Shown piece by piece: positions 31,676 to 42,477 of a stretch of 64,000 bases of DNA. Every line of letters starts with the position of its first letter. Position 1 is the stretch's first letter. The notes beneath the pieces are model-generated. The model saw nothing but the letters and a program-made list of their open reading frames with translations, was not told where the DNA came from and did not search any database. The stretch is from a virus. Its lineage: Duplodnaviria; Caudoviricetes. The translations under genes and the position numbers were made by a program. Location: positions 64,001 to 128,000 of the IMG/VR virus record IMGVR_UViG_2706795719_000001; one strand, written 5' to 3'.

Positions 31676-33226
31676 ATGTTTGAAACTTTAAAAATGTTTA
31701 GCCCTTGGGCTAAAGAAGACCAATCAACGTATAACCAAATAATTAATAATAACAACGATTCTATAACAGGTCCTAAATTTGATGACGGTGCTATAGAATA
31801 TGAATCTGATTCATCTTCATATAATGTTTTAATGCAGCAATTCTTCGGTTCTAATATAAGTCCAGAAGTTAAAAATACAACAGACCTAATTAAAACATAT
31901 AGAGCTTTAGTTAACATTCATGAAGTAGATAATGCTGTTTCGGAAATAGTTAATGACGCTATAGTTTTTGATGACGACGAAGAAGTTGTATCAATAAATT
32001 TAGATAGTACTTCATTTAGCGATTCTATTAAAACAAAAATTCAAGAAGAGTTTGATTCAGTTTTAAATATTTTAGATTTTAGAAGAAGAGCCCAAGACCA
32101 TTTTAGAAGATGGTATATTGATTCTAGAATTTATTTCCATAAAGTCATTGATGTTAATAATCCCAAAAAAGGGATAATGGAACTTAGAAGATTAAATCCT
32201 TTTAATGTACAGTATGTTAGAGAAATCATAACCGAAACTGAAAATAACGTCAAGATTGTTAAAGGATATAAAGAATCTTTCATATATGATACTGGAAACG
32301 AAAGCTATACTATTGGTGGAAGAATATACGGCCCTAATACTAAAATCTCTATACCTAAATCAGCTATTGTCTATGCACATTCAGGATTAGTTGATGAATG
32401 CGGTAAAAATATTATTGGGTATTTGCATCGGGCGGTAAAACCTGCAAATCAGTTAAAATTACTAGAAGATGCCATGGTTATTTACCGTATTACTCGTTCA
32501 CCCGAAAGACGTGTATTTTATATTGATACTGGTAATATGCCAAATAAAAAGGCAACTCAACATATGAACAATATTATGAATGGTTTAAAAAACCGAGTAG
32601 TATATGATGCTACGACCGGTAAAATTAAAAACCAGCAACATAATATGGCTATGACAGAAGATTACTGGTTACAAAGAAGAGATGGAAAAGCAGTAACAGA
32701 TGTAACTTCATTGCCTGGCGCAACAGGAATGAATGAAATCGAAGACGTTAGATGGTTTAATCAAAAATTATATGAAGCCCTAAGAATTCCGTTATCAAGA
32801 ATCCCAAATCCACAAGGTGGTGTTAATTTCGGGATGGGTTCAGAAATTACACGGGACGAATTAAACTTTTTTAAATTTATCAAAATTCTTAGACACCAAT
32901 TTGAAGCAATTCTTTCTGACCCACTTAAATCAAATTTAATCCTTAAAAAGATTATAACTGAAGACGAATGGAATGAAGAACGTAATAATATTAAAATCGT
33001 ATTTAATAATGATTCATACTTTACAGAACTTAAAGATGCTGAAATATTAGAACGTAGATTAAATATGCTTCAAATGGTAGAACCATTTATTGGTAAATAT
33101 TACTCTAATCGTTCTGTTATGAAAGATATTCTCAAAATGACAGACGAACAAATAGAACAAGAATTTAAACAAATAGAATTGGAATCAAAAGATTCTAAAT
33201 TTAATAATGAACCCGAGGAATTTTAA
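31676..33226 (+). CDS. 20: gp20 portal
   Basis: [30 protein letters not shown]; late promoter TATAAATA at 31648-31655. Confidence 0.98.
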   Translation: MFETLKMFSPWAKEDQSTYNQIINNNNDSITGPKFDDGAIEYESDSSSYNVLMQQFFGSNISPEVKNTTDLIKTYRALVNIHEVDNAVSEIVNDAIVFDDDEEVVSINLDSTSFSDSIKTKIQEEFDSVLNILDFRRRAQDHFRRWYIDSRIYFHKVIDVNNPKKGIMELRRLNPFNVQYVREIITETENNVKIVKGYKESFIYDTGNESYTIGGRIYGPNTKISIPKSAIVYAHSGLVDECGKNIIGYLHRAVKPANQLKLLEDAMVIYRITRSPERRVFYIDTGNMPNKKATQHMNNIMNGLKNRVVYDATTGKIKNQQHNMAMTEDYWLQRRDGKAVTDVTSLPGATGMNEIEDVRWFNQKLYEALRIPLSRIPNPQGGVNFGMGSEITRDELNFFKFIKILRHQFEAILSDPLKSNLILKKIITEDEWNEERNNIKIVFNNDSYFTELKDAEILERRLNMLQMVEPFIGKYYSNRSVMKDILKMTDEQIEQEFKQIELESKDSKFNNEPEEF

Positions 33227-33448
33227 ATGGAAGACATGATTTTAGCAATTAAAAACAAAGACCTTGTAGAAGTTAAAAAACTTTTTTCTGAAGGAATGAA
33301 AGAAAAAATCGGTAAATTGATTGAATCAGAAAAAATAAAACTATGTCAAAACATTGTCATTGAAGGCGAAGAAAAAGAAAGCGATGAAGATGACAAAGAT
33401 GAAGAATCAGATAATAAAGATAAAAAAACTGATAAAGCAGAAGAATAA
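33227..33448 (+). CDS. 67: gp67 prohead core
   Basis: AIKNKDLV N-terminus with acidic tail; synteny. Confidence 0.88.
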   Translation: MEDMILAIKNKDLVEVKKLFSEGMKEKIGKLIESEKIKLCQNIVIEGEEKESDEDDKDEESDNKDKKTDKAEE

Positions 33449-33460
33449 AGGAGATATCTT

Positions 33461-33883
33461 ATGATTATTGTCGAAAATGATTTTGATATCACCATGGAAA
33501 ATATTGAACAATTTTCTGAAGAAGCGTCTATTAAATTTGACAATATAAAAGCGCTAGAAAAAGATGATATAAATAGAATTATAGAGAACATTGCTTCTAG
33601 TGGTGAATACGGCTTAGCCATTTGTATGGGTTCATTAAACGAAAATATGCCATTAAATGAATATATTGTTAAACACGTATCTTCTAAAGGTGAAGTTACA
33701 AGAACCAAAGATAGAAAAACCCGTGAACGAAACGCTTTTAAAACAACTGGTTTAAGTAAATCTAAACGCAGACAAATTGCAAGACGCGCAGTTAAAACAA
33801 AACGTGCAAATCCTTCTATTCAAACTAGAGCATTAAGAAAACGTAAAAAAGCTCTTAAACGAAGAGAGGCCCTTGGATTATGA
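33461..33883 (+). CDS. 68: gp68 prohead core
   Basis: [23 protein letters not shown]. Confidence 0.93.
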   Translation: MIIVENDFDITMENIEQFSEEASIKFDNIKALEKDDINRIIENIASSGEYGLAICMGSLNENMPLNEYIVKHVSSKGEVTRTKDRKTRERNAFKTTGLSKSKRRQIARRAVKTKRANPSIQTRALRKRKKALKRREALGL

Positions 33884-34506
33884 GTGAAATGCTTTTAATC
33901 GAAGACTGGGGATTACCAGGTGAAACCTTAAACGGAACACCCTTAATTGAATCTTCAGAATCAGACGGCACCCTTTATATAGAAGGTATTTTTATGCAGG
34001 CTGAAGTCGTTAATAGAAATAAACGTCTTTATCCTAAAAAAATCTTAGAACAAGCCGTAGATAAATATATAAAAGAACAAGTTAATTCTAAACAAGCTTT
34101 AGGCGAATTAAACCACCCACCACGGGCTTCTGTGGATCCAATGCAAGCTGCAATTTTAATAGAAAAACTTTGGTGGGAAGGTAATAATGTCTATGGGAGA
34201 GCTAGAGTCATTGAAGGCGATTATGGCCCAGGAGATAAATTAGCAGCTAATATACGAGCTGGTTGGATTCCTGGCGTTAGTTCTCGTGGATTAGGATCTT
34301 TAAAATCTTCTGGAAAAGGTTATAACATTGTTCAAGAAGGGTATAGATTAACTGTGGGTGTGGATGTTGTATGGGGCCCTTCAGCACCTGATGCAATGGT
34401 TACTCCTAAAAGGATTCAGGAATCAACAGATATTCCTAAAAATATAGAAAATAGTGCTGATAAGGCATTTTCTTTATTATCAAAACGTTTAAAAGAAACG
34501 TTATAA
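33880..34506 (+). CDS. 21: gp21 prohead protease
   Basis: [31 protein letters not shown]. Confidence 0.97.
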   Translation: MSEMLLIEDWGLPGETLNGTPLIESSESDGTLYIEGIFMQAEVVNRNKRLYPKKILEQAVDKYIKEQVNSKQALGELNHPPRASVDPMQAAILIEKLWWEGNNVYGRARVIEGDYGPGDKLAANIRAGWIPGVSSRGLGSLKSSGKGYNIVQEGYRLTVGVDVVWGPSAPDAMVTPKRIQESTDIPKNIENSADKAFSLLSKRLKETL

Positions 34507-34538
34507 ATAATTATGTAATTTAACAACAGGACTTAAAA

Positions 34539-35330
34539 ATGCTTAAAGAATTTTTAATTGAAGAAGCAGAGAAACTTAATGACGTTTCTGTAGCTCTAGA
34601 TGGCATTTTCGAATCAGTTGAATTGTCTGATGATGTAAAAGCCCAATTCAGTACTGTTTTCGAAACTGCGGTAAAATCTAATGCTATTAAATTAGCAGAA
34701 AGCCATATCACTGAATTAATTGAAAAGGCTGAAACAAAAGAACAAGAGCTTAAAGAATCTATCCAAGAATCTGTAGAAAAAGAAATGGCAGAAAACATTT
34801 CTAAATTTATGGATCATGTTTCACAAGAATGGTTAGAAGAAAATAAATTAGCTGTAACAAATGGTATTAAAGCTGATTTGTTTGAATCTATGTTCCAGAG
34901 TATTAAAACCGTAGTTATTGACCATAATATTATTCTTCCTGAAGAATCTGTAGATGTTGTCAAAGAAATGGAAGAAGAACTTGAAGAAAGTAAATCTGAA
35001 GTAGCTTCACTTTTCGATAAGACTGTATCTTTACAAGAAAAAGTAAACTCTCTTGAGAAAGAAAAAATTATCAAAGAACAAACTGCCGAGCTGACTGAAT
35101 CCCAAAAAGAAAAAGTTGCTAATTTGATTGAAGGCATTGCTTATGGTGAAAAATTCAAATCTAGTTTAGAAGCTATTGTTTCTATGGTTTCTAAATCTAC
35201 AGAAGAAAAAGCACCTATTTCTGAAGATATAAATAATGATGAGAGTGGTATGAACTATACCCCAGAAAAACCAGTCGTTAAAAACGACCCAATGAGTGTT
35301 TATACAGCTGCGGCTAAAAAAATCAATTAA
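34539..35330 (+). CDS. 22: gp22 scaffold
   Basis: Acidic coiled coil, GIKADLFES; late promoter at 34502-34509. Confidence 0.95.
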   Translation: MLKEFLIEEAEKLNDVSVALDGIFESVELSDDVKAQFSTVFETAVKSNAIKLAESHITELIEKAETKEQELKESIQESVEKEMAENISKFMDHVSQEWLEENKLAVTNGIKADLFESMFQSIKTVVIDHNIILPEESVDVVKEMEEELEESKSEVASLFDKTVSLQEKVNSLEKEKIIKEQTAELTESQKEKVANLIEGIAYGEKFKSSLEAIVSMVSKSTEEKAPISEDINNDESGMNYTPEKPVVKNDPMSVYTAAAKKIN

Positions 35331-35350
35331 TTTAATTTAAAGGTATTAAA

Positions 35351-36901
35351 ATGGAAATCAAAAATAAAGATGCATTAATCGAAAAATGGGGTGATTTTAT
35401 GAACAACCCTGACCTTGGAGTTATTGAAGGTACTACTAAACAGGCTATTATGGCCAAAATCCTTGAAAACCAAGAAATGGACATTCATAAATCTCCAGAA
35501 TATCGTGATGAAAAAATTGCAGAAGCTTTCGGCGATTTTTTAACCGAAGCCGAAGTTGGTGGTGACCATGGTTATGACGCTAGCAATATTGCTATGGGTA
35601 AAACAAGTGGTGCCGTAACACAAATTGGACCTGCTGTAATGGGTATGGTACGTCGTTCATTCCCTAACATGATTGGTTTTGATATCGCTGGTGTTCAGCC
35701 AATGAATGGACCAACTGGTCAGTACTTCTCATTACGTTCTATTTACGGTGAAGATCCGTTAGCAAAAGATGCTAAAGAAGCATTCCATCCTATGTTTGCA
35801 CCTGATGCAATGTACGGTGGTCGTGGTTCACACGAGAAATTTGAAAAAATCGAAGCCTCTAAAGAATTAACAGAAGGTAAAGTATATACTTTCGAATTCA
35901 CAGAAACTGGTACGGCCCATTTACAAGCAGTTGAAACTGTAACTATCGCAGATACAGAAGTTGAAGCCGATGTACTTAAGAATTTAGAAGCTGGTAAATT
36001 AGTAGAAATTGCTGAAGCAATGGCTACAAGTATTGCAGAATTACAAGAAAGTTTTAATAAGTCCAAAGATAACCCATGGGACGAAATGACTTTCCGTATT
36101 GACAAACAGGTTGTTGAAGCCAAATCAAAACAACTTAAAGCAAGCTATTCTATTGAACTAGCACAAGATTTACGTGCAGTACATGGTATGGATGCTGATG
36201 CTGAATTAAGTTCTATCCTTGCTACAGAAATTCTGTTAGAAATGAACCGTGAATTAGTTAACTGGATTAACTATACTGCTCAACCTGGTAAAACTGGTAT
36301 GACTTTAACCATGGGTTCAAAAGCAGGTGTATTTGACTTCCAAGACCCAATCGATACACGTGGCGCACGTTGGGCGGGTGAAAGCTTTAAGGCTCTGTTA
36401 TATCAAATTGATAAAGAAGCTGCAGAAATTGCACGTCAAACTGGACGTGGTGCTGGAAACTTCTTAATCGCTTCACGTAACGTTGTTAATATCTTAGCCT
36501 CAGTGGATGTTAACGTTACTCCAGCTGCTCAAGGTTTAGCACGTGGTCTGAATACAGATACAACTAAAGCAGTATTTGCCGGTGTTCTTGGTGGTAAATA
36601 TAAAGTTTATATTGACCAATATGCACGTCAAGACTACTTTACAGTAGGTTATAAAGGTGCTAACGAAATGGATGCTGGTATTTACTACTGCCCATACGTT
36701 GCATTAACACCATTACGTGGTAGTGATCCTAAGAACTTCCAACCAGTAATGGGCTTCAAAACACGTTATGGTATTGGTATTAACCCATTTGCTGATTCTC
36801 GTTCACAGTCTCCAAAAGACAGAATCACTTCTGGTATGCCATCACTGGATTCAATTGGTAAAAATGCTTACTTCCGACGTGTATGGGTTAAAGGTTGTTA
36901 A
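35351..36901 (+). CDS. 23: gp23 major capsid protein
   Basis: EAEVGGDHGY, GVQPMNGPTG, ELAQDLRAVHGMDADAEL. Confidence 0.99.
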   Translation: MEIKNKDALIEKWGDFMNNPDLGVIEGTTKQAIMAKILENQEMDIHKSPEYRDEKIAEAFGDFLTEAEVGGDHGYDASNIAMGKTSGAVTQIGPAVMGMVRRSFPNMIGFDIAGVQPMNGPTGQYFSLRSIYGEDPLAKDAKEAFHPMFAPDAMYGGRGSHEKFEKIEASKELTEGKVYTFEFTETGTAHLQAVETVTIADTEVEADVLKNLEAGKLVEIAEAMATSIAELQESFNKSKDNPWDEMTFRIDKQVVEAKSKQLKASYSIELAQDLRAVHGMDADAELSSILATEILLEMNRELVNWINYTAQPGKTGMTLTMGSKAGVFDFQDPIDTRGARWAGESFKALLYQIDKEAAEIARQTGRGAGNFLIASRNVVNILASVDVNVTPAAQGLARGLNTDTTKAVFAGVLGGKYKVYIDQYARQDYFTVGYKGANEMDAGIYYCPYVALTPLRGSDPKNFQPVMGFKTRYGIGINPFADSRSQSPKDRITSGMPSLDSIGKNAYFRRVWVKGC

Positions 36902-36912
36902 TCTTTAATTTT

Positions 36913-36968
36913 AAATAGGGACTTCGGTCCCTATTTTTGCTTAAAAATCCGTGGTTGGATTATAAATA
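36913..36968 (+). terminator. gene 23 terminator and late promoter for gene 24
   Basis: ATAGGGAC-TTCG-GTCCCTAT-TTTT; TATAAATA at 36961-36968. Confidence 0.85.
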
Positions 36969-36994
36969 TTAGTATAACCAGAAGGAAATTTAAT

Positions 36995-38245
36995 ATGACT
37001 GATAAGATTCAAAATTTATTGCGCGAATCAAGTACAACTGCGGGTTCTTCAAATGGACGTCCGGATCTTGTTGGATTAACTCGCGCAACACATGATTTAA
37101 TATTCACTGATTTAATTGCTATTCAAAATACAAATCAGCCAGAAGCGACACTTTACGGTGTTAAATATTTAAATGACAATAACCAAATGAGTTTTATGAC
37201 ACCCGCTACATATTCAGGTGCTGTAAAATCTATAGAAAATATTGAAGAACTTGATGTATCAAAATCTTATTCTAAAGGTGATATGGTTAAATTAGATGAG
37301 GTGGTTTATAAAGTAGTACTAGATAACCCATTTAAAGATTTAGGTTCTTTACCAAAAGAAGAGGCTTTAGGCCAGGCCATTATTGATGGTTCAATTAGAT
37401 TTATGTCAGAAGCGGCTTTAACAGGGCATTTTGAACAAAAAAATGTAGAAATTGCTGAAGCTTCTGTTAGATTAGATAGATGGAATATTCCTGTAAGAAC
37501 TAGAAAAATTAAAACAGAATTAACCGTTGAATTTGCGCAAGATTTAAATTCAAGCCAATTTGAATCAGGTGCTGTAATTGATGACATGCTAGCTACTATT
37601 TTAGCTGAAGACGTAAACAAAGATGTTATTCAAAAAATAATGACTGTTTCTAGTCGATATAAAGTTAAAGGAATTTCTGATAAAGGAATGTTAGATTTAA
37701 CTAAAACGGATGTGGCCCCAGAACAAGGACGTACTTTATATCGATACATTTGTGAAATGAATGCTTCGATAGAAAGAAACACTACCTATGATGGAACATA
37801 TGTTTTGGCTAGTTCACGTTGTGCAGCTATTTTATCTGCTTCTGGTTGGATGGATATTAATCCAGATTATCCATTAGCGGCAGGAACACTTAAAAATGGA
37901 TTACCGGTTTATTCTGACCCATGGTCTCCTGTAGATTATGTTGTTGTCGGAACTAAACAAAATTTAGGTGAATTAGAACATGTTGGTTCATTGTTCTACG
38001 CTCCTTATGTTGATTTTGATGGGGCTGGTGCATATAAATTGGTTGTTGACCCAGACAGTTTACAACCTAAATTGGCATTAATGGTACGTTATGGGCTTTC
38101 TATTAACCCGTACACAGTTATTGAAGTAGACGATAAACCACAAAAAGAATCTATGCTAGTTCAAGGAGATGACTGGGATAATTTAGTTGGTAAGTCTAAA
38201 ATGTCTTATATCTTAGGTGTTCAATTACCTAAACTTATAGAATAA
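36995..38245 (+). CDS. 24: gp24 capsid vertex protein
   Basis: LLRESSTT...RPDLVGLTRAT, gp23 paralogue. Confidence 0.95.
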   Translation: MTDKIQNLLRESSTTAGSSNGRPDLVGLTRATHDLIFTDLIAIQNTNQPEATLYGVKYLNDNNQMSFMTPATYSGAVKSIENIEELDVSKSYSKGDMVKLDEVVYKVVLDNPFKDLGSLPKEEALGQAIIDGSIRFMSEAALTGHFEQKNVEIAEASVRLDRWNIPVRTRKIKTELTVEFAQDLNSSQFESGAVIDDMLATILAEDVNKDVIQKIMTVSSRYKVKGISDKGMLDLTKTDVAPEQGRTLYRYICEMNASIERNTTYDGTYVLASSRCAAILSASGWMDINPDYPLAAGTLKNGLPVYSDPWSPVDYVVVGTKQNLGELEHVGSLFYAPYVDFDGAGAYKLVVDPDSLQPKLALMVRYGLSINPYTVIEVDDKPQKESMLVQGDDWDNLVGKSKMSYILGVQLPKLIE

Positions 38246-38280
38246 ATTTATTTAATTTCCGGTAATTTATTACCTTTTTT

Positions 38281-38302
38281 GGGAACTTAGGTTCCCTTTT
38301 TT
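38281..38302 (+). terminator. terminator after gene 24
   Basis: GGGAAC-TTAG-GTTCCC + T6. Confidence 0.75.
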
Positions 38303-38303
38303 A

Positions 38304-38867
38304 TTAAAAAAGCCAATCTAAACTAGGATCTGTATATCCTATCATTTCTTTAAATTCTTCCATTATCATAAAATTATTTAAATTATAGGTTTTAATCCCT
38401 AATGATCTAGCTAAATAAACAGCTGTTCTTGTACCACCAGAAACATTTCCAAATTTATCTTCAGGTGCCCAAAAAATAACGCTATCTACAGGGTCTTCTA
38501 ATGTAGGGCTTAATATTTGCATGCAATTTCGACATTGCAGATGTTTAACTGTTTTAGAACATGAATCTAATTTTGGATAGAACCTTCTTATTATATTAGC
38601 ACTTTTGTCTTGTAATTCTTTATTAAAATCTGTAAATACATGAATACCAGGTTCTTTATAGTGGTTATTAAATCCAAGGTGAGGAATAATAATACATCTT
38701 AAATCATGACTATATTCCTTCATAAAATTGTAATCACTCCCAGGCGCACCTCCTGACAATCCTAGGACACCTTGATCTGATATGTATTTTCCACCCTTTA
38801 TTAAAATATTATATAATTTAGTAGGAATTTCTCTTGACCCTATTAAAGCAACAGAATTTTTAATCAT
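38304..38867 (-). CDS. stand-alone SLOG-superfamily (DprA/Smf/LOG-like) protein
   Basis: ALIGSR, LSGGAPGSD, RN..I, SGGTRTAV motifs. Confidence 0.8.
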   Translation of the reverse strand: MIKNSVALIGSREIPTKLYNILIKGGKYISDQGVLGLSGGAPGSDYNFMKEYSHDLRCIIIPHLGFNNHYKEPGIHVFTDFNKELQDKSANIIRRFYPKLDSCSKTVKHLQCRNCMQILSPTLEDPVDSVIFWAPEDKFGNVSGGTRTAVYLARSLGIKTYNLNNFMIMEEFKEMIGYTDPSLDWLF

Positions 38868-38899
38868 AATATACCCTAAAGGACCCGAAGGTCCTTCAT

Positions 38900-39076
38900 T
38901 TAAGATTTAACAATCAAAGCCGCAATAGTTGTAATAACAATTATAATAAGTAAAATACTTGCTGGGATCCATAATGGTGACAATACCCACCACCAAGACC
39001 ATGTAATTGTTCCAACAAGTTTAAGAACAACGAATATAAGAGTTAAAATTTGTAAAAACCCAATATTTAATTTCAT
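38900..39076 (-). CDS. small two-TM membrane protein
   Basis: LKLVGTITWSWWWVLSPLWIP motif common in phage membrane proteins. Confidence 0.8.
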   Translation of the reverse strand: MKLNIGFLQILTLIFVVLKLVGTITWSWWWVLSPLWIPASILLIIIVITTIAALIVKS

Positions 39077-39077
39077 A

Positions 39078-39323
39078 TTACCACCCTGATATATTAATGA
39101 CATTAGAGTCGTATTGGGTACGTTTAACTTTAAGACCTTCTTCTTTTAGTACATTAATTACTGCTTCTTGGACTATATAAGAAGATTCGTCAAAGGCCCA
39201 ATTTAAATCAGTGTGTCCTGATTTAGCCCTAAAAAGAAGTGAGTTTTTAATTTCGTTAAGTATAACTTTTGAAGCTAAATCTACTTGTTCATTTTTTACT
39301 TTAATAAGTGTATCAATTAACAT
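39078..39323 (-). CDS. hypothetical protein (distant paralogue of 42175/42431 ORFs)
   Basis: IK...A.SG...L...E......V...L.EEGLKV pattern. Confidence 0.7.
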   Translation of the reverse strand: MLIDTLIKVKNEQVDLASKVILNEIKNSLLFRAKSGHTDLNWAFDESSYIVQEAVINVLKEEGLKVKRTQYDSNVINISGW

Positions 39324-40318
39324 ATAATATTCACCCAATCTTTTCTAATAAATTCTTGAACTTCTTTTTGGATAGATTTTTTAATTAAAGATGGGTCATC
39401 ATATTCTAAAATATCATTACCATCTTTAAGCATATCTTTAAGAATATCTTGCATCATTAGGCCTTGAACTTTACCAAAGTCTTTGGTTTTAACTTCACCA
39501 ATATGACTTAATACATTAGATAGTCTTTGTTTTGTGATATATGCTGTAGCCGTATTGACAAGTTCCTGGTCATCATTTGACAATTCAACAACTGGTTTTA
39601 CTTTACGAACTTTTCCGGTTTCTTTAAATAATTCGTTTTTGCACTTAAATATAACACGACTTTTATTATTAAATTCTACAGGAAGTACTGGTTTTAATAC
39701 ATAACCTTCTGCGATATTATCTTTGCCTTTTGGTTGTGGACCAAAAATGGTTGAATTGGCTTCAGGAATACCATGTTCTTTAGCAATGCGGTTAAATTCA
39801 GGAATTAAACTATCAAACGCTCGTTCTAAATTGGACAAATTATCAAAATTACCTACAGTAATAACTGGACAAATTTTAAACCCATGTTTAGAAGAAAGGA
39901 ATCTTATAAAAGCTGCATCAACTAAATTTCCATTAATTAGAATATCGAATACCCAAAAATCTTTTTCTTTATAATCAACTTCACGTTGAATACCAGGGCC
40001 AGCGTATTCACCAAAAATTGTTAATTCTTCTAAATCGGGCATAGATTCTTTAAGAAAAGAATACATTTCTAAAATATTTGTTTTATACCGTTTAAGAATT
40101 AATTCATATCCAAAAAATGATTCAGTTTCGCCTATAACACTAGTTCGTTTAGCACATACTACATCTTTACCATCACAAATAAAACTAAAATTAGTACCAT
40201 GGACTTTTTCTTGAGCAATCCAAAAAATACCAGGAGAAGTAAATCCTTCAAAAAATGCTTTTTCAACTAATTTTTTGTTATCAATATTCTCAATAGAACC
40301 ATATTTAATAAATTTCAT
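39317..40318 (-). CDS. rnlB: RNA ligase 2
   Basis: EKVHGTNFS motif I, IFGEYAG, FWVFDI, AEGYVLKP, FKCKN. Confidence 0.96.
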   Translation of the reverse strand: MKFIKYGSIENIDNKKLVEKAFFEGFTSPGIFWIAQEKVHGTNFSFICDGKDVVCAKRTSVIGETESFFGYELILKRYKTNILEMYSFLKESMPDLEELTIFGEYAGPGIQREVDYKEKDFWVFDILINGNLVDAAFIRFLSSKHGFKICPVITVGNFDNLSNLERAFDSLIPEFNRIAKEHGIPEANSTIFGPQPKGKDNIAEGYVLKPVLPVEFNNKSRVIFKCKNELFKETGKVRKVKPVVELSNDDQELVNTATAYITKQRLSNVLSHIGEVKTKDFGKVQGLMMQDILKDMLKDGNDILEYDDPSLIKKSIQKEVQEFIRKDWVNIIC

Positions 40319-40319
40319 A

Positions 40320-40667
40320 TTATACCTTAAATAGTCTAATCTGTAGTTCTGAAGGAATTTCTGATGTGTATTTGATTTCTAAATTAAATACCCGTCCACT
40401 GTAAATAACTAATATTTGGTCTGGATTTTTCTCTGCCCAATCAATATTATCAGGTCCAATAATATTAAGCATCTCTAAATCAGAGAAGCAACTTAATGCA
40501 AAAGCTTTTTTTAGGAATGTATGTATATCAGCCCATTTAGTTTCATCACAAATGGCTGGTTTAGCAACTGATAATTTATGGGTATAACATTCTTTATCAC
40601 ACCAACGTGTAAAAAATGCTTTCTGTTTTTCTTCTAAAGGAATAACCCCTGCTGTATACCAACCCAT
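40320..40667 (-). CDS. 24.2-like paralogue
   Basis: C-terminus NPDQILVIY..LEIKYT matches the adjacent ORF. Confidence 0.65.
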   Translation of the reverse strand: MGWYTAGVIPLEEKQKAFFTRWCDKECYTHKLSVAKPAICDETKWADIHTFLKKAFALSCFSDLEMLNIIGPDNIDWAEKNPDQILVIYSGRVFNLEIKYTSEIPSELQIRLFKV

Positions 40668-40676
40668 AATAACCCC

Positions 40677-40961
40677 TTACTTAGATGGAACAATACGGAA
40701 CTTATATTCGCCGCCATTGGTAAATTTAACTTCTAATTGGGTTGATTCACCAACATAAAGAACTAAAATTGAATTTTTATTAGAACGTAACCAATCTTGA
40801 TATTCTTCAAAAGCCTTGCGTAAAGATGGGACACTATTTTTATATCGTCCTAAAATAGTCCAAGAAAACTCACCAGAGCCCATCCATTTAGTTTTACGGC
40901 TATATTTTAAAAGGTCTTCAATATCAATACTCAGCCATGTTTTAAAATTTTCTTTAATCAT
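40677..40961 (-). CDS. gp24.2-like protein
   Basis: SRxxxWMGSGEF..ILxR motif; synteny. Confidence 0.7.
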   Translation of the reverse strand: MIKENFKTWLSIDIEDLLKYSRKTKWMGSGEFSWTILGRYKNSVPSLRKAFEEYQDWLRSNKNSILVLYVGESTQLEVKFTNGGEYKFRIVPSK

Positions 40962-41149
40962 TTTCTTACCTTCATTCGTTTACGATAAACAATCTTTTCT
41001 CTTGATTTAAATTCTTTCTGTTTTTCTTCTACTTCAATAAAAACAGTTGCCATTTCTTTAGCTGTACCACCCATTTTTCTTGCTATATCAACAAAGTGCA
41101 TACCTTGTTCTCTAAGAAAATGGATTTTGATTTTATCATGATTTGTCAT
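40958..41149 (-). CDS. gp24.3-like HTH protein
   Basis: LREQGMHFVDIAR...REKIVYRKR. Confidence 0.75.
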   Translation of the reverse strand: MTNHDKIKIHFLREQGMHFVDIARKMGGTAKEMATVFIEVEEKQKEFKSREKIVYRKRMKVRK

Positions 41150-41309
41150 TATTTTCTTCAAAGTCTTTACAGATGCCAATAAGTTTTTTATTTAACTCTT
41201 CAACAAATTCTGTTACCGATTCTGGGTACTCATCAAATAAAAAACATAGATACTCAGAATGTATTTCATGAGCAACTTGAGAAACCATAGACTTAAGTTC
41301 TTTGTTCAT
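41136..41309 (-). CDS. 57-aa hypothetical protein (missing from ORF track)
   Basis: GAGGTG RBS; MNKELKSMVSQVAHE...EENNDKS fills the operon gap. Confidence 0.65.
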   Translation of the reverse strand: MNKELKSMVSQVAHEIHSEYLCFLFDEYPESVTEFVEELNKKLIGICKDFEENNDKS

Positions 41310-41311
41310 AA

Positions 41312-41746
41312 TCACCTCTCAATAATGTGTATTCTATCATCTAAAATATCAATAAGCACAGATTCAACGTTATCCCAATTTAAACCACCATTAGAACACC
41401 CAGGTTTAGGTAGGAGAACTCTTTTAAAATTGTTATTAGATACTATATCCATAAGTTCTAAAGCACTCTGGCGTATCAGAGATATGTCAGATTTATCATA
41501 CCAGTTATACTTGGTTGGAAATGAAATTAAACTTATGTTATTATATTTTGTTAGAACTCTACACACATGTCCATATTGGATTAATGATTTAGCCATAATA
41601 AGATCTAAATTATTAACCTTACAGGAAAAGAGCCGGGCTATACCAGCTCCCATTACAGCTCTTTTATTTTTCTTAATATTCATATTAGTGGTTATACATA
41701 TTGCATCACATGGAATATTAAGAATATCACCTTTTATTATTTTCAT
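41312..41746 (-). CDS. Macro-domain (ADP-ribose binding/hydrolase) protein
   Basis: KGDIL...AICITTN...VMGAGIA...FPTK...LPKPGCSNGGLNW. Confidence 0.9.
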   Translation of the reverse strand: MKIIKGDILNIPCDAICITTNMNIKKNKRAVMGAGIARLFSCKVNNLDLIMAKSLIQYGHVCRVLTKYNNISLISFPTKYNWYDKSDISLIRQSALELMDIVSNNNFKRVLLPKPGCSNGGLNWDNVESVLIDILDDRIHIIER

Positions 41747-42165
41747 AAGGCCTGTTTAAGATGTTCAATAGCATTTAAAATTTCAGATGGTATTCCACCA
41801 CGCGGATGATGATGAATATTGTCGCCATAATGTCTAAAATCCATACCAATTACACGAACTTTATACTTGGTTTCAGGCAAATGCTCATCTTTATAACTAG
41901 AACCCCATGTATTAGAGCTTGTAACTTCTTTTGTTTCAAAATAAGTACATCCACGATGACAATAATTATCCCAAAAATCAACATCTTTATCAAATAATGG
42001 GTGATCTTCGCGAATTGTTAAATAAACAGCATAGGCCCAATCTGGATTTTCTTGAAATAACTTTTTGTATTCTACAGGCAATCCAACATACCAAGATGCT
42101 ACTTCAATTGCTTCGCCTTTTTGAGTATCATTATGTACGGTAAAAACATATTTTAAAATATCCAT
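41743..42165 (-). CDS. hypothetical protein
   Basis: 140-aa ORF, AGGA RBS, ATGA coupling to the Macro gene. Confidence 0.75.
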   Translation of the reverse strand: MDILKYVFTVHNDTQKGEAIEVASWYVGLPVEYKKLFQENPDWAYAVYLTIREDHPLFDKDVDFWDNYCHRGCTYFETKEVTSSNTWGSSYKDEHLPETKYKVRVIGMDFRHYGDNIHHHPRGGIPSEILNAIEHLKQAL

Positions 42166-42174
42166 ATCATTTCC

Positions 42175-42477
42175 TTAATAAGTCCAAGAAATTTTAACTC
42201 TGTCATGATATACCACTTTATCATGGTTTTTTGAAACTGTAAACCCATTTTTTGTCAAAATTTCAATAATATCTGATTTAATAGTCTCATCTTCAGAAAG
42301 CTTGTAGTATATTTCTTTGCGGCCATCCATTGCTACTTCTCGGATGGCTTTAAAGATAAAACAGAGGTCTTTATCAATAACACTAGATTTAAGTTCTTCT
42401 ACAGTCATATTATTAACCTTATAATCAAAATTAGTATAAAGAAATTCTAATACATCCACGATAGTCGTCATTTCCAT
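42175..42477 (-). CDS. hypothetical protein, paralogue pair
   Basis: AIREVAMDGRKEIYYKL. Confidence 0.7.
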   Translation of the reverse strand: MEMTTIVDVLEFLYTNFDYKVNNMTVEELKSSVIDKDLCFIFKAIREVAMDGRKEIYYKLSEDETIKSDIIEILTKNGFTVSKNHDKVVYHDRVKISWTY

